From the NCBI GenBank assembly GCA_051003195.1, contig JBPCLP010000024.1:1-64000 (forward strand): a DNA stretch of 64,000 bases, in the 5' to 3' direction. Shown here in pieces: positions 8,248 through 18,396 of the stretch. This DNA is from Candidatus Sumerlaeaceae bacterium. GTDB lineage: Bacteria > Sumerlaeota > Sumerlaeia > Sumerlaeales > Sumerlaeaceae. The notes under the pieces were generated by a model. That model saw only the letters and a list, made by a program, of their open reading frames with translations, was not told where the DNA came from and ran no database searches. Within the stretch, counting starts at the first letter, position 1. Each line of letters begins with the position of its first letter. Position numbers and translations under genes: made by a program.

Positions 8248-10260
8248 CTATTGTATCTGCGGCAGAAATGGCATCACGGCGAGCACACGTTCCGTCTGAA
8301 ACATGCGCCCGATGCTCATCGCGGATTTCAAAACGTTTTGCAGACCCCGCGGCAAAAGTTCAGTTCCCACGATTGCCTGTGTCAGGTAATCGCGTTTCAC
8401 CTGCGCCGTCACGTTTCCGCCGATTGCTTTTTGCAGGTAATCGATAAGTGTCAATTCCTTCGGATACGAGACGAGTGACACCTTGTCGTCTTTCTTCAGG
8501 CCGATGAGCTGTTTTACTTCGCTGATGGCGAGTCCCATTCCGCCGATCTCATCCACAAGGCCAACCTGTTTCGCGCGCTCGCCGGTCCACACACGTCCCT
8601 GTGCCAGGTCGTTCAGTTTCTCGAACGGCATCCTGCGTCCCTGCGCAGCCTTTCGCACGAAATCATCGTATGTCTTATGCATCATCTTCTCAATGAGGAG
8701 GCGTTCCTGGTCGGAAAAATTAGAGGTCTCGGAAAACAGATGCGCATAATCGCCTTTAGAGATGGTGCTCTTACTCACGCCCAGTTTGTCGTAGAGCCCC
8801 TTTAGGTTCGGTTTGCCTCCGACTACGCCTATGGATCCAGTGAGCGTACCGGGTTCCGCGATGATCTTCGTCGCGCCCATCGCAATGTAATATCCTCCGG
8901 AAGCGGCCATGTCACTCATCGTGGCAACCACTGGCTTCACCCGCTTAACCTCCTCGATCTTTTTCCAGATCAGATCGGACGCAAATGCGGAACCACCCGG
9001 GCTGTTCACGCGCAGGATAATAGCTTTCACTTTGTCTTCAGCTTTAATATCCTCGAGGACCTTGATCAGGTCCTCCGCGGCAATTTCATCTTCTGCCCCC
9101 AGTCCCACGCCTTCATTAGAACCAAGCGATATGGGGCCGACGGCGTAAATGACTGCCACCTGCGGGTATTTGGTCGTCTTGTCGGCCGCCGAAGTGTCCT
9201 TGCTGGTTTTGCTCATCATGCTAAACAGGCTGAAGAGGCTGATCTCGTCCGCTTTCGACGAGGTGTCTTTGGAGTAATCGGTCATCTCAACGACTTCGCC
9301 ACCGTCCTTTTTAAGGTCGGCAATTACTTCCTCTGCATAAGCTACGCGATCCACCAGGCGTGACTGCTTAGCCTCTTCAGGATTGGCGGGGCCGCGGTTG
9401 ATGGCGGCAATGGCTTCGTCACGCGTCAGCTTACGATCGGTGGAAATAGTGTCCACCATCTGCTTGTAAATATCCTCGACGATCTCCGTCATGTTCTGCC
9501 GCGCAGGAGTGGTAAAATCCTCGTTGGTAAACGTCTCGCCATAGGACTTGTACTGCCCGACGTGCACGACCTCCGCGTTGACGCCAACTTTGTGTAACAG
9601 GTTCTTAAGGAAGTACGAATCGGCCTTTACGCCGTACAGCATCAGGTCTCCACTTGGCGGCAGCACCACCTCATCACACGCCATTGCCACGAGGTAGGCA
9701 GCTTGTGAGTTGTCCTCAATAATCGCGACCGTTTTCTTGCCCTTGTCCCGCGCTTCGCGCAGTGCCAGCCGCAGTTCCTGCGCCATTGCCAGGCCGAGGT
9801 CCGCCGAGCTTAAACGGACTACGATCGACTTAACCTCTTTATCTTCCCGGGCACGGCGGAGAAGATCAAGGTAGCCCTTCAGGCTTTTCGCCTGCTTACC
9901 AAAGAGGACGACGGTGTCTCCACGCTCCTTAATTTCTCCGCTGATGGTAATCTGCAGGATTTTTTCCCCGCGAGCGTCTTTGCTCTTTGAGTCGGCTGCT
10001 TTTATTTCTTCGCTCAGTGTCGAGGCAGCGTCGGTGATCTCCACCTTGATAGCCGGTTTCTGTTTCGTGGCAGCAGTTTTCGTTGACGTGGTTTGCTGCC
10101 CCTCAATCGGACCGGAGGTCTCGTTCGCGGCAGCAGCAAGTTTGCCGATAATGCCTGTTCGCCTGCTCGAATCCTGACGGGCGGGTTTAGCCGACGCCTG
10201 CATTGCAACTAGAGGAAGAACGGCGGCCAGTGCTACGACTGAAATAAAACGATCTAACAT
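8248..10260 (-). CDS. sppA: Signal peptide peptidase SppA (long, two-domain type)
   Basis: GQYKS (Lys), RVNSPGGS, AASGGYY (Ser), TGSIGV, QGRVWTG; start placed at ATG 10260 before a signal/anchor helix. Confidence 0.92.
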   Translation of the reverse strand: MLDRFISVVALAAVLPLVAMQASAKPARQDSSRRTGIIGKLAAAANETSGPIEGQQTTSTKTAATKQKPAIKVEITDAASTLSEEIKAADSKSKDARGEKILQITISGEIKERGDTVVLFGKQAKSLKGYLDLLRRAREDKEVKSIVVRLSSADLGLAMAQELRLALREARDKGKKTVAIIEDNSQAAYLVAMACDEVVLPPSGDLMLYGVKADSYFLKNLLHKVGVNAEVVHVGQYKSYGETFTNEDFTTPARQNMTEIVEDIYKQMVDTISTDRKLTRDEAIAAINRGPANPEEAKQSRLVDRVAYAEEVIADLKKDGGEVVEMTDYSKDTSSKADEISLFSLFSMMSKTSKDTSAADKTTKYPQVAVIYAVGPISLGSNEGVGLGAEDEIAAEDLIKVLEDIKAEDKVKAIILRVNSPGGSAFASDLIWKKIEEVKRVKPVVATMSDMAASGGYYIAMGATKIIAEPGTLTGSIGVVGGKPNLKGLYDKLGVSKSTISKGDYAHLFSETSNFSDQERLLIEKMMHKTYDDFVRKAAQGRRMPFEKLNDLAQGRVWTGERAKQVGLVDEIGGMGLAISEVKQLIGLKKDDKVSLVSYPKELTLIDYLQKAIGGNVTAQVKRDYLTQAIVGTELLPRGLQNVLKSAMSIGRMFQTERVLAVMPFLPQIQ

Positions 10261-10375
10261 GGGAACTCCTGGTTTACTTTGCCGGTGAAGGCTCCATGGG
10301 GAGCCGTGGATAAGCACACGGTTTGAAGCAAGAATCGGTGCAGGGCAGAAACATGAAACAACTGGCGAACGGCAG

Positions 10376-10912
10376 TTACTCTTCTATAGGTGGTTGTGGG
10401 CCACGGGATAAATAGTGCATCATCGCTACTTCATTACAATTGGGGAACTTGTGGCATTTAATACATTCTCCCCAAACTTTATGTGGCAGCATGTTTCGAT
10501 CGACAACCTGGAAGCCGCGCTTGGAAAAGAAATCGGGCTTATAAGTGAGCGCGAATACGCGACGTAGGCCAATTTGGCGCGCTTCGGCCAGGCAGTACTC
10601 GGTAATCAGCTTGCCGAGCCCACGACCCTGTGCTGTTTCTGTGACCGCAACACACTTGAGTTCCGCGAGGTCGTCCCAGGTTACATGTAATGCCGCGCAG
10701 GCAATGATTTCGCCATTTTCCTCAACGACTACAAAGTCTCTCAGGCTTTCGTACAGTTCGTTCAGACTGCGGTGCAGCATCTCGTCGCGATTGGCGAAAT
10801 AGTGGATCAACTTCTGAAGGCGGGGCACATCCGGGACCGTCGCCTTACGCACGATCGGGCCGGTCGCGTGAGTCTGGACGTTATGTACAGCAGCTTCGGT
10901 TACACTGGACAA
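10376..10912 (-). CDS. GNAT N-acetyltransferase, short ArgA-like amino-acid acetyltransferase
   Basis: MLHRSLNELYE, LAELKCVAV, GRGLG, VFALTY, LPHKVWGECIKC. Confidence 0.8.
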   Translation of the reverse strand: MSSVTEAAVHNVQTHATGPIVRKATVPDVPRLQKLIHYFANRDEMLHRSLNELYESLRDFVVVEENGEIIACAALHVTWDDLAELKCVAVTETAQGRGLGKLITEYCLAEARQIGLRRVFALTYKPDFFSKRGFQVVDRNMLPHKVWGECIKCHKFPNCNEVAMMHYLSRGPQPPIEE

Positions 10913-11006
10913 CTAAGGTGCCTACCTCCGGTGCGATCAACAACAACGCAGGACGACGGCTAATCACCCAGCCAATGAAATTGGGACCAATGGTGCGAGG
11001 CAGCGG

Positions 11007-12215
11007 TTAATCCTGGCGCGAGCAAGACAGCGTATCAGTGAAAATCTCGACTGCGGTGTCGCATTGCTCGACGGTAACGACAAGCGGCGGGCTAAAGCGG
11101 ATGACGCGTTCGTCGAGGAGGTTTGTTTCAAGAATCAGGCCCCGGTCCTTGCAGCCGATGACGACCTGTCGCGCGACTTCTTTGTCCGTCATCTGGGCAC
11201 CGATCATCAGTCCAATTCCACGAACTTCCAGGAGAGACTCCTCCTTTGCGGCAATTTTCCGAAGCGCAGAAAGCAGGTAGTCACCCATACGACGGGTATG
11301 GTCGAGCAGTCCTTCCGCCTCGAGAACTTCTATCCCTGCGACGGCCGCGGCGCAACTCACGGGGTGGCCGCCAAAGGTTGTGATATGCGAAAACGGCGGG
11401 TCAGCGGCAAACCGGGTGATTTGATCGCGTGAGGCGAGGACTCCCGCGAGTGGCATGCCGGCCCCCATGCCTTTGGCCATTGTGATAATATCCGGAGTGA
11501 CGTTGTAATGGCGCGCAGCAAACCAGTCACCGATTCGCCCGAAGCCAGTCTGCACTTCGTCGAAGATAAGCAGTGCGCCGGTGGCCGTGCATCGTTCGCG
11601 CAGCGCCTGCAGGAAGCCATCCGGTGGCACTCGAATTCCGGCTTCGCCCTGCACCGGCTCGATAATTACCCCGGCGGTCTCAGAATTAACCTGTTCAAGA
11701 TCCTCGAACCTGCCAAAATCCAGAAAAGTGACTGGCGCCAGCAGCCGTTCGAACGGGCGACGAAACATGTCATCTCCGAAACAGGCAAGTGCGCCTACAG
11801 TATCGCCGTGGTATGCGCCACGAAATGCAACCAGCCCGGATCGCCCGGTCAGCTTAACAGCCATTTTAAGCGCGGCGTCATTCGCTTCGGCGCCCGTTGA
11901 AAGAAAATACGTCGTATCCAGACCGGCTGGGGCGATCTCCGCGATTTTTGCCGCCAGCTTCACCTGCGGTCCCTGCACATGCTCGCCGTAGACCATGGTG
12001 TGGGCGTACATTGTTGCCTGTTGTTGTACCGCTTGCACCACATGGGGGTGGCAGTGTCCAACATTGCACACCGCTATGCCTGCGATAAAGTCGAGGTATT
12101 GCTTTCCTGACGTATCATAAATATAACAGCCAGCGGCGGACGCCACATCCAGAGTTCCGCCAAAGGGCGAGGTCTGCCCAACGTGGCTAAGAAAGAGATC
12201 GCGATTGCTGATCAT
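11007..12215 (-). CDS. Class III PLP aminotransferase (acetylornithine aminotransferase-like)
   Basis: YLDFIAGIAV, GAEAND, YHGDT, EPVQGEAG, FDEVQTGFGR, AKG, TTFGGHP; start placed at ATG 12215. Confidence 0.85.
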   Translation of the reverse strand: MISNRDLFLSHVGQTSPFGGTLDVASAAGCYIYDTSGKQYLDFIAGIAVCNVGHCHPHVVQAVQQQATMYAHTMVYGEHVQGPQVKLAAKIAEIAPAGLDTTYFLSTGAEANDAALKMAVKLTGRSGLVAFRGAYHGDTVGALACFGDDMFRRPFERLLAPVTFLDFGRFEDLEQVNSETAGVIIEPVQGEAGIRVPPDGFLQALRERCTATGALLIFDEVQTGFGRIGDWFAARHYNVTPDIITMAKGMGAGMPLAGVLASRDQITRFAADPPFSHITTFGGHPVSCAAAVAGIEVLEAEGLLDHTRRMGDYLLSALRKIAAKEESLLEVRGIGLMIGAQMTDKEVARQVVIGCKDRGLILETNLLDERVIRFSPPLVVTVEQCDTAVEIFTDTLSCSRQD

Positions 12216-12279
12216 TGCTGCGCTTGAATCAGCTGTTCGCGTTTGCAATGCAAGGGAACAGCACGGGCTGAACCCAATG

Positions 12280-14208
12280 CTATGGCAGCGGCCCAATAAC
12301 CCCGTAATTATTATCTTCGTACTGCTCGGCCACCAGTTCGCCGGAATCGAGCCACACAAGCAGGTAGCCTCCAGAGAGGTTTAAGGTGAGGTTTTTCACA
12401 TTCACTTTTCGGAGCTTGCTCTGCTGTGGCTTCAGCTTGGGGATTTTTATCCATCTTAATTCGGTAAGGCCAGTACCCGCCAGGTCGGACATATAGTAGA
12501 CGGTCATGCCAGTCGCAGCGGAGATCAGGTTCCCATTGTTCTTCACCGTCACATATCCGGTAAGCTTGCCCGATAGCGGGACCAGGCTGGCCCCGGTGCT
12601 GATTAGATCAGGTCCATTACCCGGCACAACAGGGTTAAGCCAGGAGCTGATGCTCGAATATGTGCTGGAGAAACGCCCATCTACCACGTTGCATGAGGAC
12701 GAACACGTGCTACAGTCGGGCGGGCCACACTGGCCATAAAGCTGCCCCACAATCTGCATGGCGGAATTGACAACAGGGCTGCCACTGCTGCCGCCATCAA
12801 TTCCTCCGATACTCCCGGAGGCATACAGAAAGTTGTTGGGCGAAACGGACGCGCATGTATTGCCGGGATTAATAGTCGAACCAACTGAGAGTGCCTGCTG
12901 GCTTCCTTGTGGATGTGAGATGCGGTAGACAGTGGTCCCCGGCCCAATAGCGCTGGAATTCCAGCCAAGCATGTAACTGCCCCCGGGCGGATTTTCAGCG
13001 AGTCTCAGAAATGAAAAGTCGGTAGTGGAATCGTGAGAAAGCAGGGTAGCGCCAAGTGAACGCGGAAAGCCCGAGGTTGAAGCCCAATCCGTAAAGCCTG
13101 AGTCACAGCTGCTTGTTTTAAATCGCCAGGTCACTTCAAGGCTCGCTGCGGAGGTGGCCGAACTGATACAATGGTTGGCAGTCAGAAAATAGGGGGCCAA
13201 GGTCGACGGAGCAGTATTTACTAGACCGCCGGTGCAGATGAACGACCCGCCACCGCTGGAAAAGAGCATAAACCCAACCGCTTTTCGCAGGTTTTCGATT
13301 TCAGCGAGTGTTCCGGCTCCATAGCAGGTTGCGTCCTCGATGCAGCTCAGCATCTTGTCGCTGTTATCAGCCGCCTTCGTAACAGCTGCACCATTGGTCA
13401 CGAGGTAAATTACATGCGCGATGGTGAATTGGCTGGCATGAATCAGATCCTCGGTGGCGTCAGCAGGGAATCGAAGTTCCACATTGCAGTGCTCCGCGGC
13501 CAGCGTGTTCGACCAAAATTCACCAGACTGCAATGGACCCGTGTTCGAATACGGTCCGAAAACCTCCCCGTCATCCGAGTAGATGTACATCTCAGCGCCT
13601 GCAGCCAGTGAAAAGCCGGTGAAGTGCAGTCGTGTTCCGCGAGCACCCGGAGTTTCGATGCGCGAGTTAAATGCGATCTGTCCATTTGCCAGTAAAGTGG
13701 CGACCCCGCTCGACGTGGTTTGCGCTTTCGTGGATAGCGTGGCTCTATTTATCGTCGAAAAGTTAGTGGTATTGCCCGCCGGCAGATCAATCCCAGCAAC
13801 CAGCGACTTGCTGCCTCCCAAACACGTGCTGCAGGAGGATGTATTGTGAAACCATTCCCACTGCGCAGCGTCAGGATAGTAACTCTGGACCGGAATGCTG
13901 TCCAGTGCCCTGGCGTCTTTTCTCAATGATTCGAACCGCTTTGCTGTTCTGTCATCTGTCTCGGCTTTGCTCCATTCACCCGGCATTAAAGCACCTGCAG
14001 CAGCAACTGCGACTGATGACCTGGTGGCAGCCTCTAGTGACAACGGACCGGGCGCAATTTGCAGCACCAGGACACAACATAGCATGAACAGGGATTGCCG
14101 CAGTTTTGGCTGCGGTGAATGACACATATAATGTGCCGTGAGCTTTAAAAAGGACATGGTGGGACCTAGTTTATGGCAAAAAGCGGCTTTTAGTCTACAC
14201 GCGTTCAA
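12280..14208 (-). CDS. Secreted trypsin-like serine protease (lysyl-endopeptidase-like) with C-terminal CARDB domain
   Basis: LTANHC (His), DFSFLRL (Asp), GSSGSP (Ser); propeptide; PDL...VKNNGN...EDNN CARDB pattern; true start probably about 14085-14160. Confidence 0.85.
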   Translation of the reverse strand: MNACRLKAAFCHKLGPTMSFLKLTAHYMCHSPQPKLRQSLFMLCCVLVLQIAPGPLSLEAATRSSVAVAAAGALMPGEWSKAETDDRTAKRFESLRKDARALDSIPVQSYYPDAAQWEWFHNTSSCSTCLGGSKSLVAGIDLPAGNTTNFSTINRATLSTKAQTTSSGVATLLANGQIAFNSRIETPGARGTRLHFTGFSLAAGAEMYIYSDDGEVFGPYSNTGPLQSGEFWSNTLAAEHCNVELRFPADATEDLIHASQFTIAHVIYLVTNGAAVTKAADNSDKMLSCIEDATCYGAGTLAEIENLRKAVGFMLFSSGGGSFICTGGLVNTAPSTLAPYFLTANHCISSATSAASLEVTWRFKTSSCDSGFTDWASTSGFPRSLGATLLSHDSTTDFSFLRLAENPPGGSYMLGWNSSAIGPGTTVYRISHPQGSQQALSVGSTINPGNTCASVSPNNFLYASGSIGGIDGGSSGSPVVNSAMQIVGQLYGQCGPPDCSTCSSSCNVVDGRFSSTYSSISSWLNPVVPGNGPDLISTGASLVPLSGKLTGYVTVKNNGNLISAATGMTVYYMSDLAGTGLTELRWIKIPKLKPQQSKLRKVNVKNLTLNLSGGYLLVWLDSGELVAEQYEDNNYGVIGPLP

Positions 14209-14282
14209 TTTGCGAGACCCAGGAAATTATCCAATTCGTCGTCGAGATACCAGGGATCGTTTACACAACCCAGAGTTCGGCG

Positions 14283-14471
14283 CTATTTGGTGGTGTCGCG
14301 GCTTGCTTTGCTCGTTGTATCGATTTCATCCAGCCGTGAGGAGCGTGGATTACCGCCAGCAGGACTGGTAACTGCGCTCGTTTCACTGGACGAGAGGTAC
14401 GACCTGACTTTCTCGCTTGTCATAGTGGCCGCCACCAATGCGACAAGGATCATGACGTAGAGCCATTTCAT
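14283..14471 (-). CDS. Small hypothetical protein with N-terminal hydrophobic helix
   Basis: 62 aa ORF starting MKWLYVMILVALVAA in an otherwise empty intergenic region. Confidence 0.35.
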   Translation of the reverse strand: MKWLYVMILVALVAATMTSEKVRSYLSSSETSAVTSPAGGNPRSSRLDEIDTTSKASRDTTK

Positions 14472-14653
14472 TACTTGTCAGGGTGTAGAACACGAGAGCG
14501 GCTGTACAGTGAAATCCGTAGCAGGTTGCAATGCTTTTGTGGATTTGTCGAACATGGATAAATCCTTTGAAACTGAGAATGTAGACCTGTTTTGTTTGCT
14601 TTCGCACGTGACGCTGCAACCAAGCTGCACCATCTGATTTACCCAAAGGCGTT

Positions 14654-17242
14654 ATGACACTGAATCGAAGAGTGACGGGTCGTAATAAGGCGAAGCGGTT
14701 GCTTGCTGCCATCCTGCTGCTACAATTTGTATTCATGTGCGGCGATGTGGCGGCTGATACCATCGTAATGCGGGACGGGAAGCGCCGACAGGGCCGTGTG
14801 GTGGAAGAGCAGCCCACGTTTATTATGTTCGAGGATCCTCTTGCCGGAAAGATGCGGCTGGAGAAGTCTAATATCTCTGAGATACTGCGAGACCCGGCGG
14901 CAGCAGTGCCCGGTGCAAGTGGTGGCGTAAGCGCACTCGCAGCAGCACACCGCCAGGCAGGCCGTTTTCAGGAAGCTCTCGACACGCTGATCAAAGGAAG
15001 CGCCAGCAACCCGGGCGAGACCGCCGCCATTGCCGACGAGTTTCAGCGGTGCGTGTTTGCATTACTTGCCAGGGCGCAAGGCAATCGCAAGACGAGTCTG
15101 GAACAGGCCAGGAACGATTACCGGACGCTGTACATGGCCTTTGTTAATCCTGCTGCGTCGGCCCTCATGGGCGGGGCCGCCAATTTCGAGAAGATATTAA
15201 ACACCGTCCGGCAGGACCTTTCCGAAACGGACGTCGCGTTTGCGACGCAACTGCAGTCGCAACCAACCCTGCGGTCACAGGCAAGAGACCTCCTTTTCGA
15301 AGCAACCGTTGTGAATCCTGGAAACAACGATTACCAAATGGCACTGGCTAACGCTGCGCGCGAGCTCGGTGACTGGAAGACGGCTTACGACGCTTACAAT
15401 GCGATTTTGAAATCGGCGAGTGCCAGCGACGATTTGAAAATGCGGGTGAACGACGGGCTTGTTCGAGTGGAAACCGGGTCAAATGGCGTCTTTAAGAAGG
15501 CGACACCCACACCAGTGCCGACAGTAGCAGTTGCGCTGGCTACGCCATTAGTGGCGGCGCCTACCCCCGCGCGTGTAGCATCTGCGACCCCTACACCTGT
15601 TGCCACACCTACCGGACCTAAATGGAAGCAGGTGTTATTCCAGATCCAGAACAGCGGGATATGGGGCAAGGTGAAGGATGTCCCAAACCTGGTCCTGACA
15701 GGCGAAGTCCTGCCGTTCCTTATTGGCATCCCTCTGATTATTATAGTGGGATGGGTGCTGCCATACCAGTTCTTCAAGTTCCGCGCGCATCGCGGCGATA
15801 TTTTCGCCGCGAACTACCTGTATCCTTCAAAGAAGTTTGGGCTCGCGATGCTGTTTCCCTACGCCCTGAACTATGCGAAACAGCCGTCGAGCAAGAACCG
15901 TTGCCCGTTCTGTAATAAGGGGATCGATAATATCGAATCCTACAGTGACCTTAACTTTTTTACCTGCCCGCATTGTCGCGAGAACATTACGCCAATCTAC
16001 GACATGAAGGATTATGTCGAGCACCTGATGGAGCAGTTGGTGGCGGCGCAGAAACGCACTAAGAAGGGCGGTTCCGGCGACAGCACCATCGAGCGTGATG
16101 CAATGCTGAAGCTGGTGCGCGGTGTTTTGACGCTGACCGTCCGCCGGCGCGCAAGCGATTTTCACCTCGAATCAGAGAATGAAGGCGGAAAAATCCGTGC
16201 ACGCATTGACGGGATAATGTACGAGCTGATGACACTGCCGCGGGAACTTACGCCGTCTTTCATTTCTGCAATGAAGGTTATGGCGAACCTGGACATCACA
16301 GAGCGCCGCGTTCCGCAGGACGGCAAGATCGGTATGTGGATTGATAAGCAGGATATCGATCTCCGTATCAACACCAGCCCTTCGACCATGGGTGAAAAAG
16401 TTGTCATCCGAATCCTGAATCAGAAATCGATCAGTGTCGATCCGACCAAGCTTGGGCTTGATGGGGAAAATCTCGAGAAATACGAGCGCGCAATTCATAA
16501 GCCGCACGGCCTTATCATTGTCACTGGCCCCTCGGGCTCGGGGAAATCGACGACCCTGTACGTTGCGCTGAACGAACTGAACACGGGCGACAAGAACATG
16601 GTGACGATCGAGGATCCGATCGAATACCATCTGAAAGGTCTATCGCAGATGCAGGTGAACCCGGCGGCGAATTTCACCTTCGCCACGGGGCTTCGTTCCA
16701 TTCTGCGCCAGGATCCGGACGTGATCATGGTCGGTGAAATTCGCGATAAGGAAACGGCTGAGGCGGCGTTGGATGCCGCGACCACCGGACACCTGGTTCT
16801 GACCACGCTTCATACGATCGATGCGCCAAGTGCTTTTGGTCGACTTGCGGATCTCGGTGTTGAAACACGGCGGATCGCGCCGGCGATCAATTGCGTTATC
16901 GGACAGCGTCTTGTCCGCACGATTTGTCCGGACTGTAAAAAGCCCTACAAGCCGAAGAAGCAGGAAATCGAGGCGCTCGGGCTCGACAACAAGGACATCA
17001 CGTATGTGCATGGCGCCGGCTGTGAGAATTGCCTCAATACCGGCTATTTCGGCCGCATAGCCATCTATGAATTTTTGACGCCGGACGACAACATCAAGGA
17101 AATGCTCGACGCCGGAGCTGCTCCTTCAGTTATTCGTGAGATTGCGCGTAAGTCGGGTTTCCGTACGATGCGGGAAGAAGGAATCGTGAAGATTATGCAG
17201 GGCGTGACAACCGCGGAAGAAGTGCTCAGAGTCACAACTTAG
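14654..17242 (+). CDS. GspE/PilB-family secretion ATPase fused to signal peptide, periplasmic TPR-like domain, TM helix and zinc ribbon
   Basis: C-terminal RASDFHLE, RIDG, ERRVPQDG, GPSGSGKST, TIEDPIEY, LRQDPDVIMVGEIRD, TGHLVLTTLH, CPDC..CENC; N-terminal signal peptide; TM at about aa 352-374; CPFC..CPHC. Confidence 0.9.
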   Translation: MTLNRRVTGRNKAKRLLAAILLLQFVFMCGDVAADTIVMRDGKRRQGRVVEEQPTFIMFEDPLAGKMRLEKSNISEILRDPAAAVPGASGGVSALAAAHRQAGRFQEALDTLIKGSASNPGETAAIADEFQRCVFALLARAQGNRKTSLEQARNDYRTLYMAFVNPAASALMGGAANFEKILNTVRQDLSETDVAFATQLQSQPTLRSQARDLLFEATVVNPGNNDYQMALANAARELGDWKTAYDAYNAILKSASASDDLKMRVNDGLVRVETGSNGVFKKATPTPVPTVAVALATPLVAAPTPARVASATPTPVATPTGPKWKQVLFQIQNSGIWGKVKDVPNLVLTGEVLPFLIGIPLIIIVGWVLPYQFFKFRAHRGDIFAANYLYPSKKFGLAMLFPYALNYAKQPSSKNRCPFCNKGIDNIESYSDLNFFTCPHCRENITPIYDMKDYVEHLMEQLVAAQKRTKKGGSGDSTIERDAMLKLVRGVLTLTVRRRASDFHLESENEGGKIRARIDGIMYELMTLPRELTPSFISAMKVMANLDITERRVPQDGKIGMWIDKQDIDLRINTSPSTMGEKVVIRILNQKSISVDPTKLGLDGENLEKYERAIHKPHGLIIVTGPSGSGKSTTLYVALNELNTGDKNMVTIEDPIEYHLKGLSQMQVNPAANFTFATGLRSILRQDPDVIMVGEIRDKETAEAALDAATTGHLVLTTLHTIDAPSAFGRLADLGVETRRIAPAINCVIGQRLVRTICPDCKKPYKPKKQEIEALGLDNKDITYVHGAGCENCLNTGYFGRIAIYEFLTPDDNIKEMLDAGAAPSVIREIARKSGFRTMREEGIVKIMQGVTTAEEVLRVTT

Positions 17243-17322
17243 GGCGTTCTCATTTTAAGCCGCCATGGCACTGTAAAAGCTCGCTGCCTGCACAAAACCC
17301 GGGCAAGCTACAGCTTCTAAAA

Positions 17323-18393
17323 TCACATAATTGCTGCTGGAGCGTACTGCTGAAACCGTTCTTTATCCAGTGCCTTCATGTAGGCGTCGTGACCCGAGAT
17401 GCGGCTACTCTTAAGCAGGTTCTCTATCGTGTCGTCCATAGTCTGCATGCCTAGTGCACGGCTTGACTGGATAACCTGGTTCAGCTGCCCAGTCCTGGCT
17501 TCACGGATCATATTGGAAACGGCGCGATTCTGGAGCAGCACTTCATGCGCCGCGACACGACCTTTGCCATCAGCCGTTTTGATCAGCAGCTGCGCACAAA
17601 CCGCGCGCAAAGCCACAGCGAGAGATTCGCGGATCGCGGCCTGCTGCTCGTTAGGAAACACGTCTATGATACGATCTATGGTCTTGGTCGCGCTATTTGT
17701 ATGCAGCGTGCCGAATACGAGCATTCCCATCTCTGCGGCGGTCACGGCCAGTGAGATGGTTTCAAGATCGCGCATTTCGCCAACCAGCACGACCTCGATG
17801 TCCTGCCGTAGAACACCTCGTAATCCTTCGCCGAATGTGCGAACGTCCGTGCCGACCTCGCGCTGAGTTACCACCGATTCCTTGGCTGGATGCACAAACT
17901 CAATCGGCTCCTCAATCGTGAGGATGGTCCGGCGCTGCGTTGTGTTGATAAAGTCGATCACCGCGGCAAGGGTTGTCGACTTTCCAGAGCCGGTTGGGCC
18001 CGTCACCAGGCACAGGCCCGAACTGAACGAAGCAAAACTCCTCAGTACGTCCGGCACTCCCAGTTCTTCCAGCGTGAGAATGCGCGATGGAATTGTGCGG
18101 AAAACGGCGCCGTAACCGTGGTAGTGCTTCTTGTAATTGGCTCGAAACCGGGCAAAGTTTTCATATGCGTATGCAAAGTCAAGATCGCCTGACTCTTCGA
18201 AACGCTTCCATCGCTCCGGCGTGCATATCTCTCGAAGAATTTGCTTCATAGTAAGCCGATTGAATTCGGGGTACTGGCTGAGTGGCTGAAGGCTGCCATG
18301 AACGCGGACTTTCGGCTGCTGCCCCTCGTGGAGGTGCAGGTCGGACGCGTTCATGGCGAGCATTTCGCTGAATAGCTGGTCGAGTTGCGCCAT
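17323..18393 (-). CDS. pilT: Type IV pilus retraction ATPase PilT/PilU family
   Basis: ASDLHL, GPTGSGKST, TIEEPIEF, QREVG, VLVGEMRDLET, GTLHTNSA, AVSNMIRE (AIRNLIRE-like). Confidence 0.9.
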   Translation of the reverse strand: MAQLDQLFSEMLAMNASDLHLHEGQQPKVRVHGSLQPLSQYPEFNRLTMKQILREICTPERWKRFEESGDLDFAYAYENFARFRANYKKHYHGYGAVFRTIPSRILTLEELGVPDVLRSFASFSSGLCLVTGPTGSGKSTTLAAVIDFINTTQRRTILTIEEPIEFVHPAKESVVTQREVGTDVRTFGEGLRGVLRQDIEVVLVGEMRDLETISLAVTAAEMGMLVFGTLHTNSATKTIDRIIDVFPNEQQAAIRESLAVALRAVCAQLLIKTADGKGRVAAHEVLLQNRAVSNMIREARTGQLNQVIQSSRALGMQTMDDTIENLLKSSRISGHDAYMKALDKERFQQYAPAAIM

Positions 18394-18396
18394 AGC

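Noticed and set aside
14283..14471. Pilin next to the PilB-like ATPase
   Set aside because: No class III signal peptide (G|FxxxE); kept only as a low-confidence small protein.
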